Below are positions 49,270 to 59,362 of a DNA stretch of 64,000 nucleotides, piece by piece. The position numbers and the translations under genes were made by a program. Position 1 is the first letter of the stretch. The number at the start of each line of letters is the position of its first letter. This DNA comes from Phycisphaerales bacterium (GTDB lineage: Bacteria > Planctomycetota > Phycisphaerae > Phycisphaerales > UBA1924): assembly GCA_965227775.1 (NCBI GenBank), contig OZ245777.1, positions 768,001 through 832,000 on the forward strand, read 5' to 3'. A model generated the notes under the pieces. The model ran no database searches. It was not told where the DNA came from and saw only the letters and a list, made by a program, of their open reading frames with translations.

Positions 49270-50747
49270 GCGACGCGGACCAACTCGACCAGCCGCCCGC
49301 TCCGCCCCCACCGCTGCCCGAGCCCGGGCCACAAGAGCCCGCGAAGAAGCCGCCGAAGAAGGACAAGTGGGCCCACCGCCGCGCCGAGCCGCGCACGCTG
49401 GCGTTCTTGTGGGCCATGTACATCCTGATCGCCGGTCTGCTGACCATCGGCGTGCTGCTCGTGCGCGGCCCGTGGGCGCTGCTGGACAAGACCGTGTACC
49501 AGTACGCCGCCCGCACCATGCTGGTGTGCGTGGCGGTCGGGCTCTCGCTGCTCTGGCCGATGGTGCGACTCAGCCAGAGCGTGCCGCTGCGAGACCGGCC
49601 GGCGTCGGCGATCTTCAAGGACATGCTCGTGCTGCTGCCGCCCGTGCAAGCAGTGATATGGGCGCAGGCGGCGGCCCGCGCGGGCTGGGCGTTCGATCTC
49701 ATTGCGGCCATGGCGGTGAGCATGGTCGCCTGGCCCATGCTCGCGGGCGCGGCGCTGGCCGTACTGCTGCGGCCGCGGCCTGGGCAATACCCCGAGCAGA
49801 CCTACGACACCGGGACGGTGTTTGCCGGCGCGCTCGGTCCGGGCGTGATGGCCCGCACGCTGGCGATGTCGCTCTTCGCTGTTGCCGCGCTCGCACCGCT
49901 GCTCACCCTCCGCACTGGACCGGCGTGGGGCGCGATGCTCAGCCCCATCTCGGCCGTGCTCGACCTGACCCAGAGCCGCGGCGTGGGCCCTACGACGAGC
50001 TCGGTGACCGACGGCCGGTGGGAGGCGCTGGTGGCCCAGGTGGTGCTCGCGTGCGTTGCTTGGCTGGTGCTGATCATCGCGGGGAACCGACCGAATACGC
50101 TCCAAACGCCAGCGGGTGGCCCGCCGCCAGCAGGGCCCATAGCATCGCCCAGCACCCCGCGAGGCCCGGGCACTATGCCCCACGCCCGCGGGGATCGTCT
50201 TTCGGGCACGGCGTCCGTACCCGCAGAAGCGATCGAGCAGCACGCGCGCACACAGGAAGGGCGCCCGATGGACTACATGACCGCCGAAGAGAGGGTCAAG
50301 ATCAAGGCCCGGCTGGACGAACTCATCGCCAATCGTCCCAAGATCACCGAGCGCATCGCCGAGGCTCGCGCGCTGGGCGACCTGAAAGAGAACGCCGAGT
50401 ACCACAGCGCCCGCGAGCTCCAGGGCATGGAAGAGGCCGAGATCCGCCGGCTGGAGGATCGCCTCGAGAACGCCAAGATCGTCGATGACGGCCTTGCGAA
50501 GGACGCCCAGGTCGCGTTCCTGGGTTCGATGGTCAAGATCCAGGAAGTCGCCGAGAGCGGACCGGTCGGCGAGGCCGAGATGGTCAAGCTCGTGGGCGAA
50601 TTCTCCGAAGACCCGCCCGACGACTACGACGAGGTGACCGCCAACAGCCCCATGGGCACCGCCCTCATGAAGGCCCGTGTGGGCGAGACCGTCCGCGTGG
50701 ACGCGCCGCGCGGCACCAAGCGCTTCGAGATCCTCGAGATCTCGTAG
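49266..50747 (+). CDS. Multi-TM membrane protein whose frame runs without a stop into GreA
   Basis: GTGA overlap with the upstream gene; about 6 hydrophobic helices; P/G-rich linker; shares the stop at 50747. Confidence 0.6.
   Translation: MSDADQLDQPPAPPPPLPEPGPQEPAKKPPKKDKWAHRRAEPRTLAFLWAMYILIAGLLTIGVLLVRGPWALLDKTVYQYAARTMLVCVAVGLSLLWPMVRLSQSVPLRDRPASAIFKDMLVLLPPVQAVIWAQAAARAGWAFDLIAAMAVSMVAWPMLAGAALAVLLRPRPGQYPEQTYDTGTVFAGALGPGVMARTLAMSLFAVAALAPLLTLRTGPAWGAMLSPISAVLDLTQSRGVGPTTSSVTDGRWEALVAQVVLACVAWLVLIIAGNRPNTLQTPAGGPPPAGPIASPSTPRGPGTMPHARGDRLSGTASVPAEAIEQHARTQEGRPMDYMTAEERVKIKARLDELIANRPKITERIAEARALGDLKENAEYHSARELQGMEEAEIRRLEDRLENAKIVDDGLAKDAQVAFLGSMVKIQEVAESGPVGEAEMVKLVGEFSEDPPDDYDEVTANSPMGTALMKARVGETVRVDAPRGTKRFEILEIS
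50268..50747 (+). CDS. greA: Transcription elongation factor GreA
   Basis: [34 protein letters not shown]; own SD AGGAAGG. Confidence 0.95.
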   Translation: MDYMTAEERVKIKARLDELIANRPKITERIAEARALGDLKENAEYHSARELQGMEEAEIRRLEDRLENAKIVDDGLAKDAQVAFLGSMVKIQEVAESGPVGEAEMVKLVGEFSEDPPDDYDEVTANSPMGTALMKARVGETVRVDAPRGTKRFEILEIS

Positions 50748-50874
50748 TCGGAATCACCCACACTCCATCGCAGCCAACGAAATCGCCACCGCCAGATGCC
50801 CAACGAATGGGCATCCTGGTTGGGTGGCCTCTGCGCCGGCCCGCTCGATCCGTCTACTCGTGGAGGACTCTGCA

Positions 50875-51747
50875 ATGACCCGCCGTCGGCCCATGACTCG
50901 TCGCTCGCGTCGCTTCGCCCGCCCCGCAAGCCTGCTTGCCGCGTTGACCGCGACCGCAGCGCTCACGGCCGGCTGCACGGTCGGTGCTACGCCGCGCGCG
51001 ATCTCGCCCACGGCGTTGGCCGTCTCGATGCCAGACGTGGAAACGCTGGGGGTTGAAGTCAGCAGCGTCAACGGCCGCATCGTTATCGCGCAAGACCCCT
51101 CGTTCGGCGATGCCGTTGTGTCGGCCGAAGCGAGACTGACCAGCGACGAGCGCGCCGAGCAGTTCTCGATCGAGACCGTGATGGAGAACGGCACGCTTCG
51201 CGTCCGGCCGCTGTGGCCCGACGGCAAGCGGATGGACAACGAGTCGTGCAGCATCGAGATCACCGCGCCGAGCATCGTCGATGTCGACGCGCGGACGAGC
51301 AACGGCTCGGTCCGGCTGACCGGCGGCTCGGGTAAGACCGTAATCAAGTCTTCCAACGGCAGCGTGACCATCAAGGACCGCGAAGGCACGCTCTCGGCCC
51401 GCACGAGCAACGGAAGGATAACGGTCGAGGGTGGGGCGGGCCCGCTCGACGTCGCATCGTCCAATGGCTCGATCACGATCAAGCACTTTGGCCCCGGCCG
51501 CGATGCTCCCTACCAGTGGCGCGCGGCGACGAGCAATGGCAGCATCCGCATCGAGTTGCCCGAGCCGCCGTCCGGCCGCGTTCGCGCTTCGACGTCCAAC
51601 AGCAAGGTTCGCGTGTTCCGGCGAGATTCCAGTGGAGCGCAGACCGAACTGCTCGCATCGCGCAGCATCGACCTCGAACTTGGTTCGGGCACGAGCGACA
51701 TCGTGCTGAGCACAAGCAACGGCTCGATCGTGGTCGTCACGCCCTAG
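50875..51747 (+). CDS. DUF4097 beta-strand-repeat (adhesin-like) lipoprotein
   Basis: Lipobox TAGC; multiple (T/S)SNG(S/R)(I/V) repeats; SD GGAGG. Confidence 0.85.
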   Translation: MTRRRPMTRRSRRFARPASLLAALTATAALTAGCTVGATPRAISPTALAVSMPDVETLGVEVSSVNGRIVIAQDPSFGDAVVSAEARLTSDERAEQFSIETVMENGTLRVRPLWPDGKRMDNESCSIEITAPSIVDVDARTSNGSVRLTGGSGKTVIKSSNGSVTIKDREGTLSARTSNGRITVEGGAGPLDVASSNGSITIKHFGPGRDAPYQWRAATSNGSIRIELPEPPSGRVRASTSNSKVRVFRRDSSGAQTELLASRSIDLELGSGTSDIVLSTSNGSIVVVTP

Positions 51748-51776
51748 GCCGAGAAGCCCGAGTGAACCCAACAAGA

Positions 51777-51814
51777 ACGCGGCGATCGGGTGGCATGCCA
51801 ACCGATCGCCGCGT
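51777..51814. terminator. Near-perfect palindrome between convergent genes
   Basis: ACGCGGCGATCGG-G-TGGCATGCCA-A-CCGATCGCCGCGT. Confidence 0.55.
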
Positions 51815-51843
51815 GCGTCTGTGGGGCGAGTCTCGAGAATCGA

Positions 51844-54135
51844 TCAGCCGCAGCCGGCGCTGAAGTCGTTCTGGAACTCAAGGAAGTCGAAGATGGTCAG
51901 GTCCCCATCGCCGTCGAAGTCCGCACGCGGATCACCGCTGGCGAACAGGTTCTGGAACTCAAGGAAGTCGAAGATGTTGAGCTCGCCGTCACCGGTCAGG
52001 TCGGCCCGGCACGTGTCGCAGGTCATGCGCACGATCTCGAACGCGTCGATGGCCGCCTCAGTCACCGAGTTGTTTGGCTGGTCCTCGGTGCCAAAGCGGA
52101 TGCGGAATTCATCGGTGATGTCCACGAAGTCGGCCACGCGGTAGGTCTTCAGGCTCCACGCGGGCGCGCCGCCGGCGATCGTCTCGACGGGCTCCCAGGT
52201 CGCGCCGCCGTTGGATGACATCTCGATGTCCAGCACGTCGTCGCCGTCGTCGTTGGTGAACCACACGGCAAAGCGCACGCGAGCCTCATCGCCCACGCTC
52301 GTCAGGTCATACTCGGGACTGGTCAGCACGGTCGGCCCACCGTCGAGATCGGCGTCGCTCCCAAGGCCTGTCGCATACATGGAATTGGTGCTGTCGTAGT
52401 CCGCCGCGGGCTCTCCGCGGTCGCCGCTCGTGGTCGGAGCGCCGCGCTCCCACGGGCCGTCTTCGATCGCAGTATCCTGCACGGCCCAGCCGGTCGCGGT
52501 CTGGAAGCTGTCGCTCACGATCTGCTCGACGTCGGTGACGACAAACGCCTCGAAGTTAATAAACGGAGCCGAGAGCGGCGTGCGGAAGAACTGCCCGTCG
52601 CTGCTAGTGGCTTCGAACCAATACTCAACTTCCTCGAAGCAGGGCATGTTGGGCATGGTGCCCTCGTACAGCCCACCGCCGACCGAAGCCAGCGGCGCTT
52701 CGAGCAGGTCTCCGCTCTGCAGGCGAACCTTGACCATGACGCTATCAACCGTGCCTTCGAGCTCGTTGACTTCAAGCTGAATCGTCTGTCCGAACGGATC
52801 AACCTCGGTCGGCGCATCGCCGGGCAGCGAGAGCTCGAGCCGGCCAGCGCCGTCGGCGGTCACGTCGACGATGAACAAACCGCGCTCGATATCGCTGATG
52901 AGCACGATGCCGCTGTCGAAGAAGGGATAGGTACTCCACGCGCCGTTGAAGCTCGCACGGTTGCTGCCGGGGAATGTGTCAAACCACGCTACCTCGGTCG
53001 GGTTCAGCGGGTCGTCCGACAGGTCCCACACGCGCAGGCCGCTGCGGTAGTTGGCCTGGTAGAGCATGTCGCCGTTGACGTAGTTGTTGTGGTCGATGGC
53101 CGCCAAGCCCGTGGTGAAGGTACTGGCAAGCTGCGGACTGGTGATATCCGACACGTCGAATACGCGCGTAGTGGTCACCGAAACCGTGTCGCCCTCGTCA
53201 AGCTCGTCGTTCAGGTAGAGGTACTGGCGGTCTTCGCTCAGCCACGCCTGGTGCGTGTAGCGGAGCTGGGCGTAGTCGGTGCGCCCAACAAGGAACATGT
53301 TGCTCTTGTCGGTCACATCGACGATCTCGAGTCCGTCGAAGCCGTTGAGGCAGAACGCGATCTCGCGGCCGGCGTACGGGCCATCCGTGTAGCTCACCAC
53401 CTGGGCGTCGTGCACGTAGTGCGTGGACCACTCGCCCACGATGGTCGGGTTGGCTGGGTCGCTCAGGCTGACGGCGATGAGTCCGCCATTGGCGATGTTG
53501 GCGCCGCAAAGGTAGATGTAGCCCGAATCGGGATTCGAGATGATGTTGTGCGTCGTCTCGTGGCCGAACTGACGCTTGTTCTGAACGAGGGTCACGCGGC
53601 CGTCGTCAATCTCACGAAGGTCCATGACCTGGATGCCAGCGCCGCCCTCGCTCACGCCGTAGGCGTAGTCGCCGATGACCTTGACGTCATGCCAGTCGCT
53701 GCTGGGCCCCTCGACCCAATCAACGATGACCGGGTTGGTCGGGTCGGTCACTTCGACGAACCCAAAACCGCGCTGCAGGCCCATGATGGCGTACTCGCGG
53801 CCGGTCGGGCTGGTGTAGCCCCAGCAGTCGTTGCCGCGGCCGTGCCCGCCGGGGAAGGCGCTCAGCGGAATCCACGAGAGCAGCGTGACGTTCTCGCTCT
53901 CGAACGAGGCCGTCGGGTCATCGACGCCGGCGCCACCGCCATCCTGCTGCGAGCCGAGCGTCCAAACGGACGCCTCAACAGCCGGCAGCGCGTCGCGCAC
54001 CTTCCGCCAGCTCTCATGGGCGCCGGCCGAAAGTGCGAGCGTGAGCGCACCCGCGCCAGCGAGGCCGACGGCGAGCAGACTAGACTTCCGAGCAAAAACC
54101 GAACGACCAGCGGGGGCCGGCACCGAGTTCTTCAT
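51844..54135 (-). CDS. Choice-of-anchor B family protein with C-terminal GC-type dockerin domain
   Basis: NDCWGY..GREYA, WHDVKV, YVHDAQ, YTHQAWL, DELDE, IDHN, GAWS LVIVD-like repeats; C-terminal CRADLTGDGELNIFDFLEFQN x2 ending GCG. Confidence 0.92.
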   Translation of the reverse strand: MKNSVPAPAGRSVFARKSSLLAVGLAGAGALTLALSAGAHESWRKVRDALPAVEASVWTLGSQQDGGGAGVDDPTASFESENVTLLSWIPLSAFPGGHGRGNDCWGYTSPTGREYAIMGLQRGFGFVEVTDPTNPVIVDWVEGPSSDWHDVKVIGDYAYGVSEGGAGIQVMDLREIDDGRVTLVQNKRQFGHETTHNIISNPDSGYIYLCGANIANGGLIAVSLSDPANPTIVGEWSTHYVHDAQVVSYTDGPYAGREIAFCLNGFDGLEIVDVTDKSNMFLVGRTDYAQLRYTHQAWLSEDRQYLYLNDELDEGDTVSVTTTRVFDVSDITSPQLASTFTTGLAAIDHNNYVNGDMLYQANYRSGLRVWDLSDDPLNPTEVAWFDTFPGSNRASFNGAWSTYPFFDSGIVLISDIERGLFIVDVTADGAGRLELSLPGDAPTEVDPFGQTIQLEVNELEGTVDSVMVKVRLQSGDLLEAPLASVGGGLYEGTMPNMPCFEEVEYWFEATSSDGQFFRTPLSAPFINFEAFVVTDVEQIVSDSFQTATGWAVQDTAIEDGPWERGAPTTSGDRGEPAADYDSTNSMYATGLGSDADLDGGPTVLTSPEYDLTSVGDEARVRFAVWFTNDDGDDVLDIEMSSNGGATWEPVETIAGGAPAWSLKTYRVADFVDITDEFRIRFGTEDQPNNSVTEAAIDAFEIVRMTCDTCRADLTGDGELNIFDFLEFQNLFASGDPRADFDGDGDLTIFDFLEFQNDFSAGCG

Positions 54136-54270
54136 ATGGATACTCCCTGCCTCGTGTACGCACGCTCGGGCGGTTGCTGTTTCAGTTTCTTGCCGAAACC
54201 ACCTCGATTGCCATCCGTACGATCCCACGCGACCCACCCATGCCGTGGGATCGTTGCTGGGAGGGCACCA

Positions 54271-55245
54271 ATGACCGCGTTCATCGACATCCAGCGGGGG
54301 CTCCGGGCCTTCGCTCGCACGGCCGCTTGCGTCGCCGCCGCCGGCCTTGCCGTCGCCGTGGCGACGGCCCAGGACGCACAACCCACCCAGCCGGCCCCGC
54401 CCCAGGCCGAGCCCGGCGGCAGCCAGCGGCCGCTCTACATCGATGATCAGCACGAACCCATGATCATGATCGCCTGGGAGCAGCGCGACGGCACCCGCAT
54501 CGAGCTCTCCCGACAGATTCCCTGGGGCACCAAGAACGACCGCATCGAGCTTGGCGAGAACGTGCTGGCGTTCGCGGCCGTGGGCGGCACGCGCATCGAG
54601 CTCCAGGCGGGCCACCCGCTCGGCTCGGTCGTCCGCGTGGGCTTCTACAAGAATGAGAACGAGGCACCGTTCTTCGCCGACATCCGCCCGGGTTCAACCG
54701 TCGAGATCAGGCTCGAGGGCGTGCGATTCATCGAGCCGGCCCGAGCCACGCAAGGCACCGCGCTGCACCATCTGCAGTACTCCATGGAAGACGTGCTCAA
54801 CTGCGGCCTGGACGCCAGCGCCATCGATCAGTACAACACCGCTCGACCTGACGACACGCTCAACGGCCAGATCTCGCGCGAGAACGGCCGGCCTGGCGTG
54901 CTGCGCGTCGTGCGCGGCGAGCTTCCCGACGACGCGCCTCGCTACTACCGCACGGGTGAAGCCGCGGGCGACGACGATCCGCAGCCGGCAGAGCGCTTCG
55001 CGACCATCCGCTTCCAGCGCGACGAAGAAACCGGGGCTATCGGCATCCGCGCAGACCTGCCCTACGAGCTCTTCCGCCACGTGCGCGACCCATGGCTGCG
55101 CGCCGAGCCCGGCACGTTCTTCGAGCCGACGCACTTCCACCTCGAGTTCGAGAGCCTGCCGAACCGCGCCTTCCCGGGCGGGCAGCCCCCGCCGGAGGAA
55201 GGCGCCGAAGCGCGGGATGCCGGCGCCCAGATCACCGGGCCGTGA
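54271..55245 (+). CDS. Hypothetical exported protein
   Basis: SD GGAGG, signal peptide (ATA-Q), coding-like codon usage. Confidence 0.75.
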   Translation: MTAFIDIQRGLRAFARTAACVAAAGLAVAVATAQDAQPTQPAPPQAEPGGSQRPLYIDDQHEPMIMIAWEQRDGTRIELSRQIPWGTKNDRIELGENVLAFAAVGGTRIELQAGHPLGSVVRVGFYKNENEAPFFADIRPGSTVEIRLEGVRFIEPARATQGTALHHLQYSMEDVLNCGLDASAIDQYNTARPDDTLNGQISRENGRPGVLRVVRGELPDDAPRYYRTGEAAGDDDPQPAERFATIRFQRDEETGAIGIRADLPYELFRHVRDPWLRAEPGTFFEPTHFHLEFESLPNRAFPGGQPPPEEGAEARDAGAQITGP

Positions 55246-55250
55246 CGCCC

Positions 55251-56276
55251 ATGGACGGCGCAAACAAGTGCTCCCTGTTCGACGGCCACCTCGACCTGGC
55301 GTACCTCGCCGAGATTGGCCGCGATATGCACGCGAGCCTCGACCAGTGTCGGGGCACGCTGCTACCCGCGGCGGTCACGCTACCTTCGCTCGCCGAAGGA
55401 AACGTCCGCGGCTGCCTTGGCACCATCTTCACCGAGATGACCGAGCAGGACTCGCCCAAGGGCCTGCAGCTCGGCGGCTTCGGCCATACCTATCCGCCCG
55501 GCGACGCACAAGCCGCGCACCGCGCCGGCCTTCGACAACTCAAGCTCTACCACGCCTGGCGCGATGCGGGCGTCATCGATCTGCTGCCAAAGGTCGGCAA
55601 TGCGCCGCTGCAACTCGGTATCCTGATGGAGGGCGCCGACCCGATCGAGAACGCCGACCAGGTCGCGTGGTGGGCAGAGCAGGGCGTCATCGCCATCGGT
55701 CTGGCGTGGGCGATGGGCTCGCGCTACGCCGGCGGCAACTCGCAGAAGACCGGCTTGACTGCCGAGGGCCGCGATATCGTGCGCGCCATCGACGCGGCCA
55801 ACATCATCCACGACCTCTCGCACCTGAGCGACAAGGCGATGGACGAGCTGCTCGAGATGTCAAGCGGCCGCGTCGTCGCGAGCCACAGCAACGCCCGCGC
55901 TCTGCTCGGCGGCACGAACCAGCGGCACCTGCGCGACGACACCATCGCCGAGATCGCCCGCCGCGGCGGAGTCATCGGCATCAACCTCTACGGGCCATTT
56001 TTGGATCCGTCGTTCGACAAGAAGAAGAAACGCCCTCCGATGCGCACTGCGCTGGAGCACACGCTGCACATCGCACGCATCGCTGGTAGAGACAAGGTCT
56101 GCCTAGGCACGGACATGGACGGCGGCTTCGCGGCGACGGACTTGCCAGATGGCATCAATACGCCAAGTGATCTGCACAAGCTGCTCGACCTGCTCCGAAC
56201 CGAGGGCTGGAGTGAGGCAGAGGTATCAGGATTCGCCAGTGGGAATTGGGCGCGACTGCTGGGGATCGGCTGGTGA
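55251..56276 (+). CDS. Membrane dipeptidase (peptidase M19)
   Basis: DGHLD, MEGAD, DLSHL, ASHSN and LGTDMDGG motifs. Confidence 0.92.
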   Translation: MDGANKCSLFDGHLDLAYLAEIGRDMHASLDQCRGTLLPAAVTLPSLAEGNVRGCLGTIFTEMTEQDSPKGLQLGGFGHTYPPGDAQAAHRAGLRQLKLYHAWRDAGVIDLLPKVGNAPLQLGILMEGADPIENADQVAWWAEQGVIAIGLAWAMGSRYAGGNSQKTGLTAEGRDIVRAIDAANIIHDLSHLSDKAMDELLEMSSGRVVASHSNARALLGGTNQRHLRDDTIAEIARRGGVIGINLYGPFLDPSFDKKKKRPPMRTALEHTLHIARIAGRDKVCLGTDMDGGFAATDLPDGINTPSDLHKLLDLLRTEGWSEAEVSGFASGNWARLLGIGW

Positions 56277-57313
56277 TCAGTTCGCTGTGGGGTGAGATCT
56301 TCACGCTCATCCACGATGCGTACTTCTTCGTCATCGCGGTGCTGCTCTTCGTTTCCTTGCTCGGGAGCGTGCTCTACTTCATCGCCAACCGAACGCGGTC
56401 GGGTATCGCCGCACTGATCATCCGCGGCATCCCGAAGCGCAAGCACCGCACCCTGCGCGACCATCCAGCGATCTGCGCGGCCTGCGGGTATCCGCGCGGC
56501 GAGGGCGACGTCTGCCCCGAGTGCGGCGCATCGCTCACCGAACCGGGAGCCGTGCTGTATCGCGACGTGATCGAAGCCGGGCGGCTGCCGGTACCCCGCT
56601 GGCTCAGACTGGTCGCGCTGCTGCTCGTGCTGACGTTCGCGGCGTGGGTGCTCGCTCCGCTGGCGTCGCGCGTGGGAAACAAGATCGAGTGGGGCGCATG
56701 GCGGGTTATCGAAGCGCACCACGACGCCGAGTACACGGTGCGTGCCGCCCAGGGCTCGCCGGCGTACAAAGTCCAGCTCAACACAAGCTACGTTGTCGAT
56801 GAAGACACGAGCAACTACGCCGGGCCGCTCGATGGGCACGTCTACGTCATCTTACACGATTCCGCGACAAACGATATCGGCTGGCTCATGGTCGACGCCA
56901 TCGATCAGACCTGGCAGTTCCGATACTACAGGGGGGGCATCCAGGCCGCGGGCTTCCGCCCGACCAGTGCGAGCGCCGGTGTCGGGATCGAGTCGGGCAT
57001 TGCCGAGTTGTACCAAGCCACCGGGTTCGATCAGTACTGGATGCACTCGTCTGCCGAACTCGCCGACTTGCAGCGCCTCGGCAAGATCGCGCTGGGCCCG
57101 AGCTTTCGCACCATCGAAGACCCCTCGAGCCTCACGAACTCGCCGGGCTCGCTCATATGGAGCCGCGCAACCGTGTTGGGCGGCACGCAGACGTGGGTGT
57201 CGGTGCGCTACGTCCCTCTCAGCAGTACCGCTGGCGTGTTCGGGCTCATCGTGCTCGCCTTGCCAGTCATCTGGTTGGCGTGCTACGCGCTCTGGCGACT
57301 CGTGCGGCGCTAG
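56273..57313 (+). CDS. Hypothetical membrane protein with a Cys4 zinc-ribbon motif
   Basis: TM segments; CAACGYPRGEGDVCPECG; GTGA overlap with the upstream gene. Confidence 0.7.
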   Translation: MISSLWGEIFTLIHDAYFFVIAVLLFVSLLGSVLYFIANRTRSGIAALIIRGIPKRKHRTLRDHPAICAACGYPRGEGDVCPECGASLTEPGAVLYRDVIEAGRLPVPRWLRLVALLLVLTFAAWVLAPLASRVGNKIEWGAWRVIEAHHDAEYTVRAAQGSPAYKVQLNTSYVVDEDTSNYAGPLDGHVYVILHDSATNDIGWLMVDAIDQTWQFRYYRGGIQAAGFRPTSASAGVGIESGIAELYQATGFDQYWMHSSAELADLQRLGKIALGPSFRTIEDPSSLTNSPGSLIWSRATVLGGTQTWVSVRYVPLSSTAGVFGLIVLALPVIWLACYALWRLVRR

Positions 57314-58323
57314 TGCGAGCTGACGCGACGCCCCCAACGCGACGCCAGCCTCAGGTCTTCCTCCCCACCACCGCGGCACAAGCCGCACCAGATGACAGAA
57401 TCAGGAAGCATCGCCGTCTCGCCACCCGCAGGTGGCGGTGGCGCCGGGGGCATGCTCGCGAGGGGCCGGAGCATGCGCTGGCGGTAGCGATCGGGAAACT
57501 TGTCGTTGGCGCCGCTCGCCTCGGCTTGCGCGTACTCGCCGCGCAAGAGTTCGTTGATGCGATCGATGCGCGCTTCGGGGTAGGGGTGGGTCGAGAGCCA
57601 CGCCGGCGGGCGCTGGCCGCCCGCGCTCAACTCGGCCAGCTTCTGCATCACGCCGCGCTGCCCGCTGGGCTTGTAACCAGCCCGCGACATGTAACGCATG
57701 CCGAGCTCATCGGCCTGATACTCGGCGTCGCGTCCGTAGCTCAGCAGCACGAGCTGGCCGCCCACCTGTGCGACCGGTAGGCCGTACTGCCCGTACTCGC
57801 GGATCACGCTGTCTTCGCCCGCGGCGCCGACGACGATCGCGCCCGCGACAAGACCGCCCTGGAGCGCAACCGAGCGGCTCATCTGCTGGTTGCCGTGCCG
57901 TGCGGTGACGTGACCGATCTCGTGACCCAGCACGCCGGCAAGCTGCGCTTCGTTATCGAGTTGCGAGGCCAGACCGCGCGTGATGAACACCTGCCCGCCC
58001 GGCAACGCAAACGCGTTCACGACATCGGAGTTCAGGATCGTGAACTCCCAAGGCAGGTCGTCGGGCACGCCGTCCTCGACGTGGGGGATCATCGACGAAC
58101 CGACCTCGGTCACATACGAGCGGATTGCCTCGTTGGGCAATGGCCCGCCGAACTCATCGGTGAAGGAGGGTGCCGCCTCGAGGCCGAGCGAGGCCTCCTG
58201 GTCCCACGAGTAGATGCTAAAGAACCTGTCTCCGGTCGTCGGGTCGGTCGCGCAGCCGGTCAGGGCTGCGGACACCGAGACCGCCATGGCTGCCAGTACC
58301 TTCTTGAAGCTGGGCTTCCCCAC
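57310..58323 (-). CDS. M48 family metallopeptidase lipoprotein
   Basis: Lipobox LTGC; NAFALPGG, HEIGH, EYQAD, STHP. Confidence 0.93.
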   Translation of the reverse strand: MGKPSFKKVLAAMAVSVSAALTGCATDPTTGDRFFSIYSWDQEASLGLEAAPSFTDEFGGPLPNEAIRSYVTEVGSSMIPHVEDGVPDDLPWEFTILNSDVVNAFALPGGQVFITRGLASQLDNEAQLAGVLGHEIGHVTARHGNQQMSRSVALQGGLVAGAIVVGAAGEDSVIREYGQYGLPVAQVGGQLVLLSYGRDAEYQADELGMRYMSRAGYKPSGQRGVMQKLAELSAGGQRPPAWLSTHPYPEARIDRINELLRGEYAQAEASGANDKFPDRYRQRMLRPLASMPPAPPPPAGGETAMLPDSVIWCGLCRGGGEEDLRLASRWGRRVSSH

Positions 58324-58382
58324 GACCTTCCTCCTTCCAAGCCAGCACGGGCTTGCGGGCCTCTATCGTTGACAGTCAGCGT

Positions 58383-59177
58383 ATGAACCAGACCTCTCCC
58401 CCGGAACCAGACCTGAAGGACGCCTCATCCCCCGCGTGGGATGGGCAAACGCTCGCGAACCCGCACGAAAGGTCCGATAAAGCAGATCGCGTCCGCGACA
58501 TGTTCACGGCCATCGCCGGCTCGTACGACCTCAACAACAGGGTCCATTCGTTCCTGCTCGACCAGCGGTGGCGCAAGCACGCGGTGAAGCGGGCGGCCGT
58601 GCAGCAGGGCGACGTGGTGGTCGACGTCGCGTGCGGCACTGGAGATCTGTCCGAGGCTTTCGCCCGCACGCCCGCCGCCGCGGTGATCGGCGTCGACTTC
58701 ACGCACGCGATGCTGGAACGGGCAAGACATAGACAACATCGATTAAACAACCATTCATCCACAAAACTCTTCTATGTTGAGGGCGACGCCATGGCCCTCC
58801 CGCTCTCGGACGGCTGCTGCAGCGTGCTGTCCATCGCCTTTGGATTGCGCAATGTGCAGCGGCCGAACGCAGCGATCGAGGAGTTCGCCCGGGTCCTCAA
58901 GCCTGGGGGCCGCCTGGTCATCCTCGAGTTCGATCGGCCGGGCTTCGCGCCCATCCGCTGGGGGCACGACCTTTATACAAAGGCCATCATGCCCCGCACG
59001 GCCACCTGGATCAGCGGCGATAAGTCTGGCGCGTACCGCTACCTGCCCCGGTCGGTCGAGACCTTCCTCGATCGTGGCAAGGTCTTGGACCTGATGCGGG
59101 CCACAGGGCTTGAAGAAGTGCGGGCCAAGTCGCTGAGCGGCGGGATTTGCGCATGTTATTCCGGACGTAAGCCCTGA
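58383..59177 (+). CDS. menG: UbiE/MenG methyltransferase (demethylmenaquinone methyltransferase)
   Basis: MFTAIAGSYDLNN, DVACGTGD, GDAMALP, FGLRNV, VLKPGG, AYRYLPRS. Confidence 0.92.
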   Translation: MNQTSPPEPDLKDASSPAWDGQTLANPHERSDKADRVRDMFTAIAGSYDLNNRVHSFLLDQRWRKHAVKRAAVQQGDVVVDVACGTGDLSEAFARTPAAAVIGVDFTHAMLERARHRQHRLNNHSSTKLFYVEGDAMALPLSDGCCSVLSIAFGLRNVQRPNAAIEEFARVLKPGGRLVILEFDRPGFAPIRWGHDLYTKAIMPRTATWISGDKSGAYRYLPRSVETFLDRGKVLDLMRATGLEEVRAKSLSGGICACYSGRKP

Positions 59178-59362
59178 TCGGACCCGCGACCGCGCACGGA
59201 TTGCCGGGCAGAATCGAGCACATCGAGCTTTTTTCATCGCTGTGGGATGCAGCGGTGCGTGGTGGCGATGAACACCCCGCTCGCGGGCGGCGATGGGTCG
59301 CCCGGGGCACAACGTGTCGGACCTGCGCACATCGCGACAGGCCGGGAATCAGGGGTAGCACG

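Noticed and set aside
45804..50405. 890-aa and 633-aa minus-strand ORFs
   Set aside because: Antisense shadows of murC/murB/ddl/ftsQ-like/greA, typical of GC-rich coding DNA
59178..59362. Cobalamin riboswitch upstream of the B12-binding-domain gene
   Set aside because: No B12-box (GCCACTG / AGYCAGRAGAC) consensus seen
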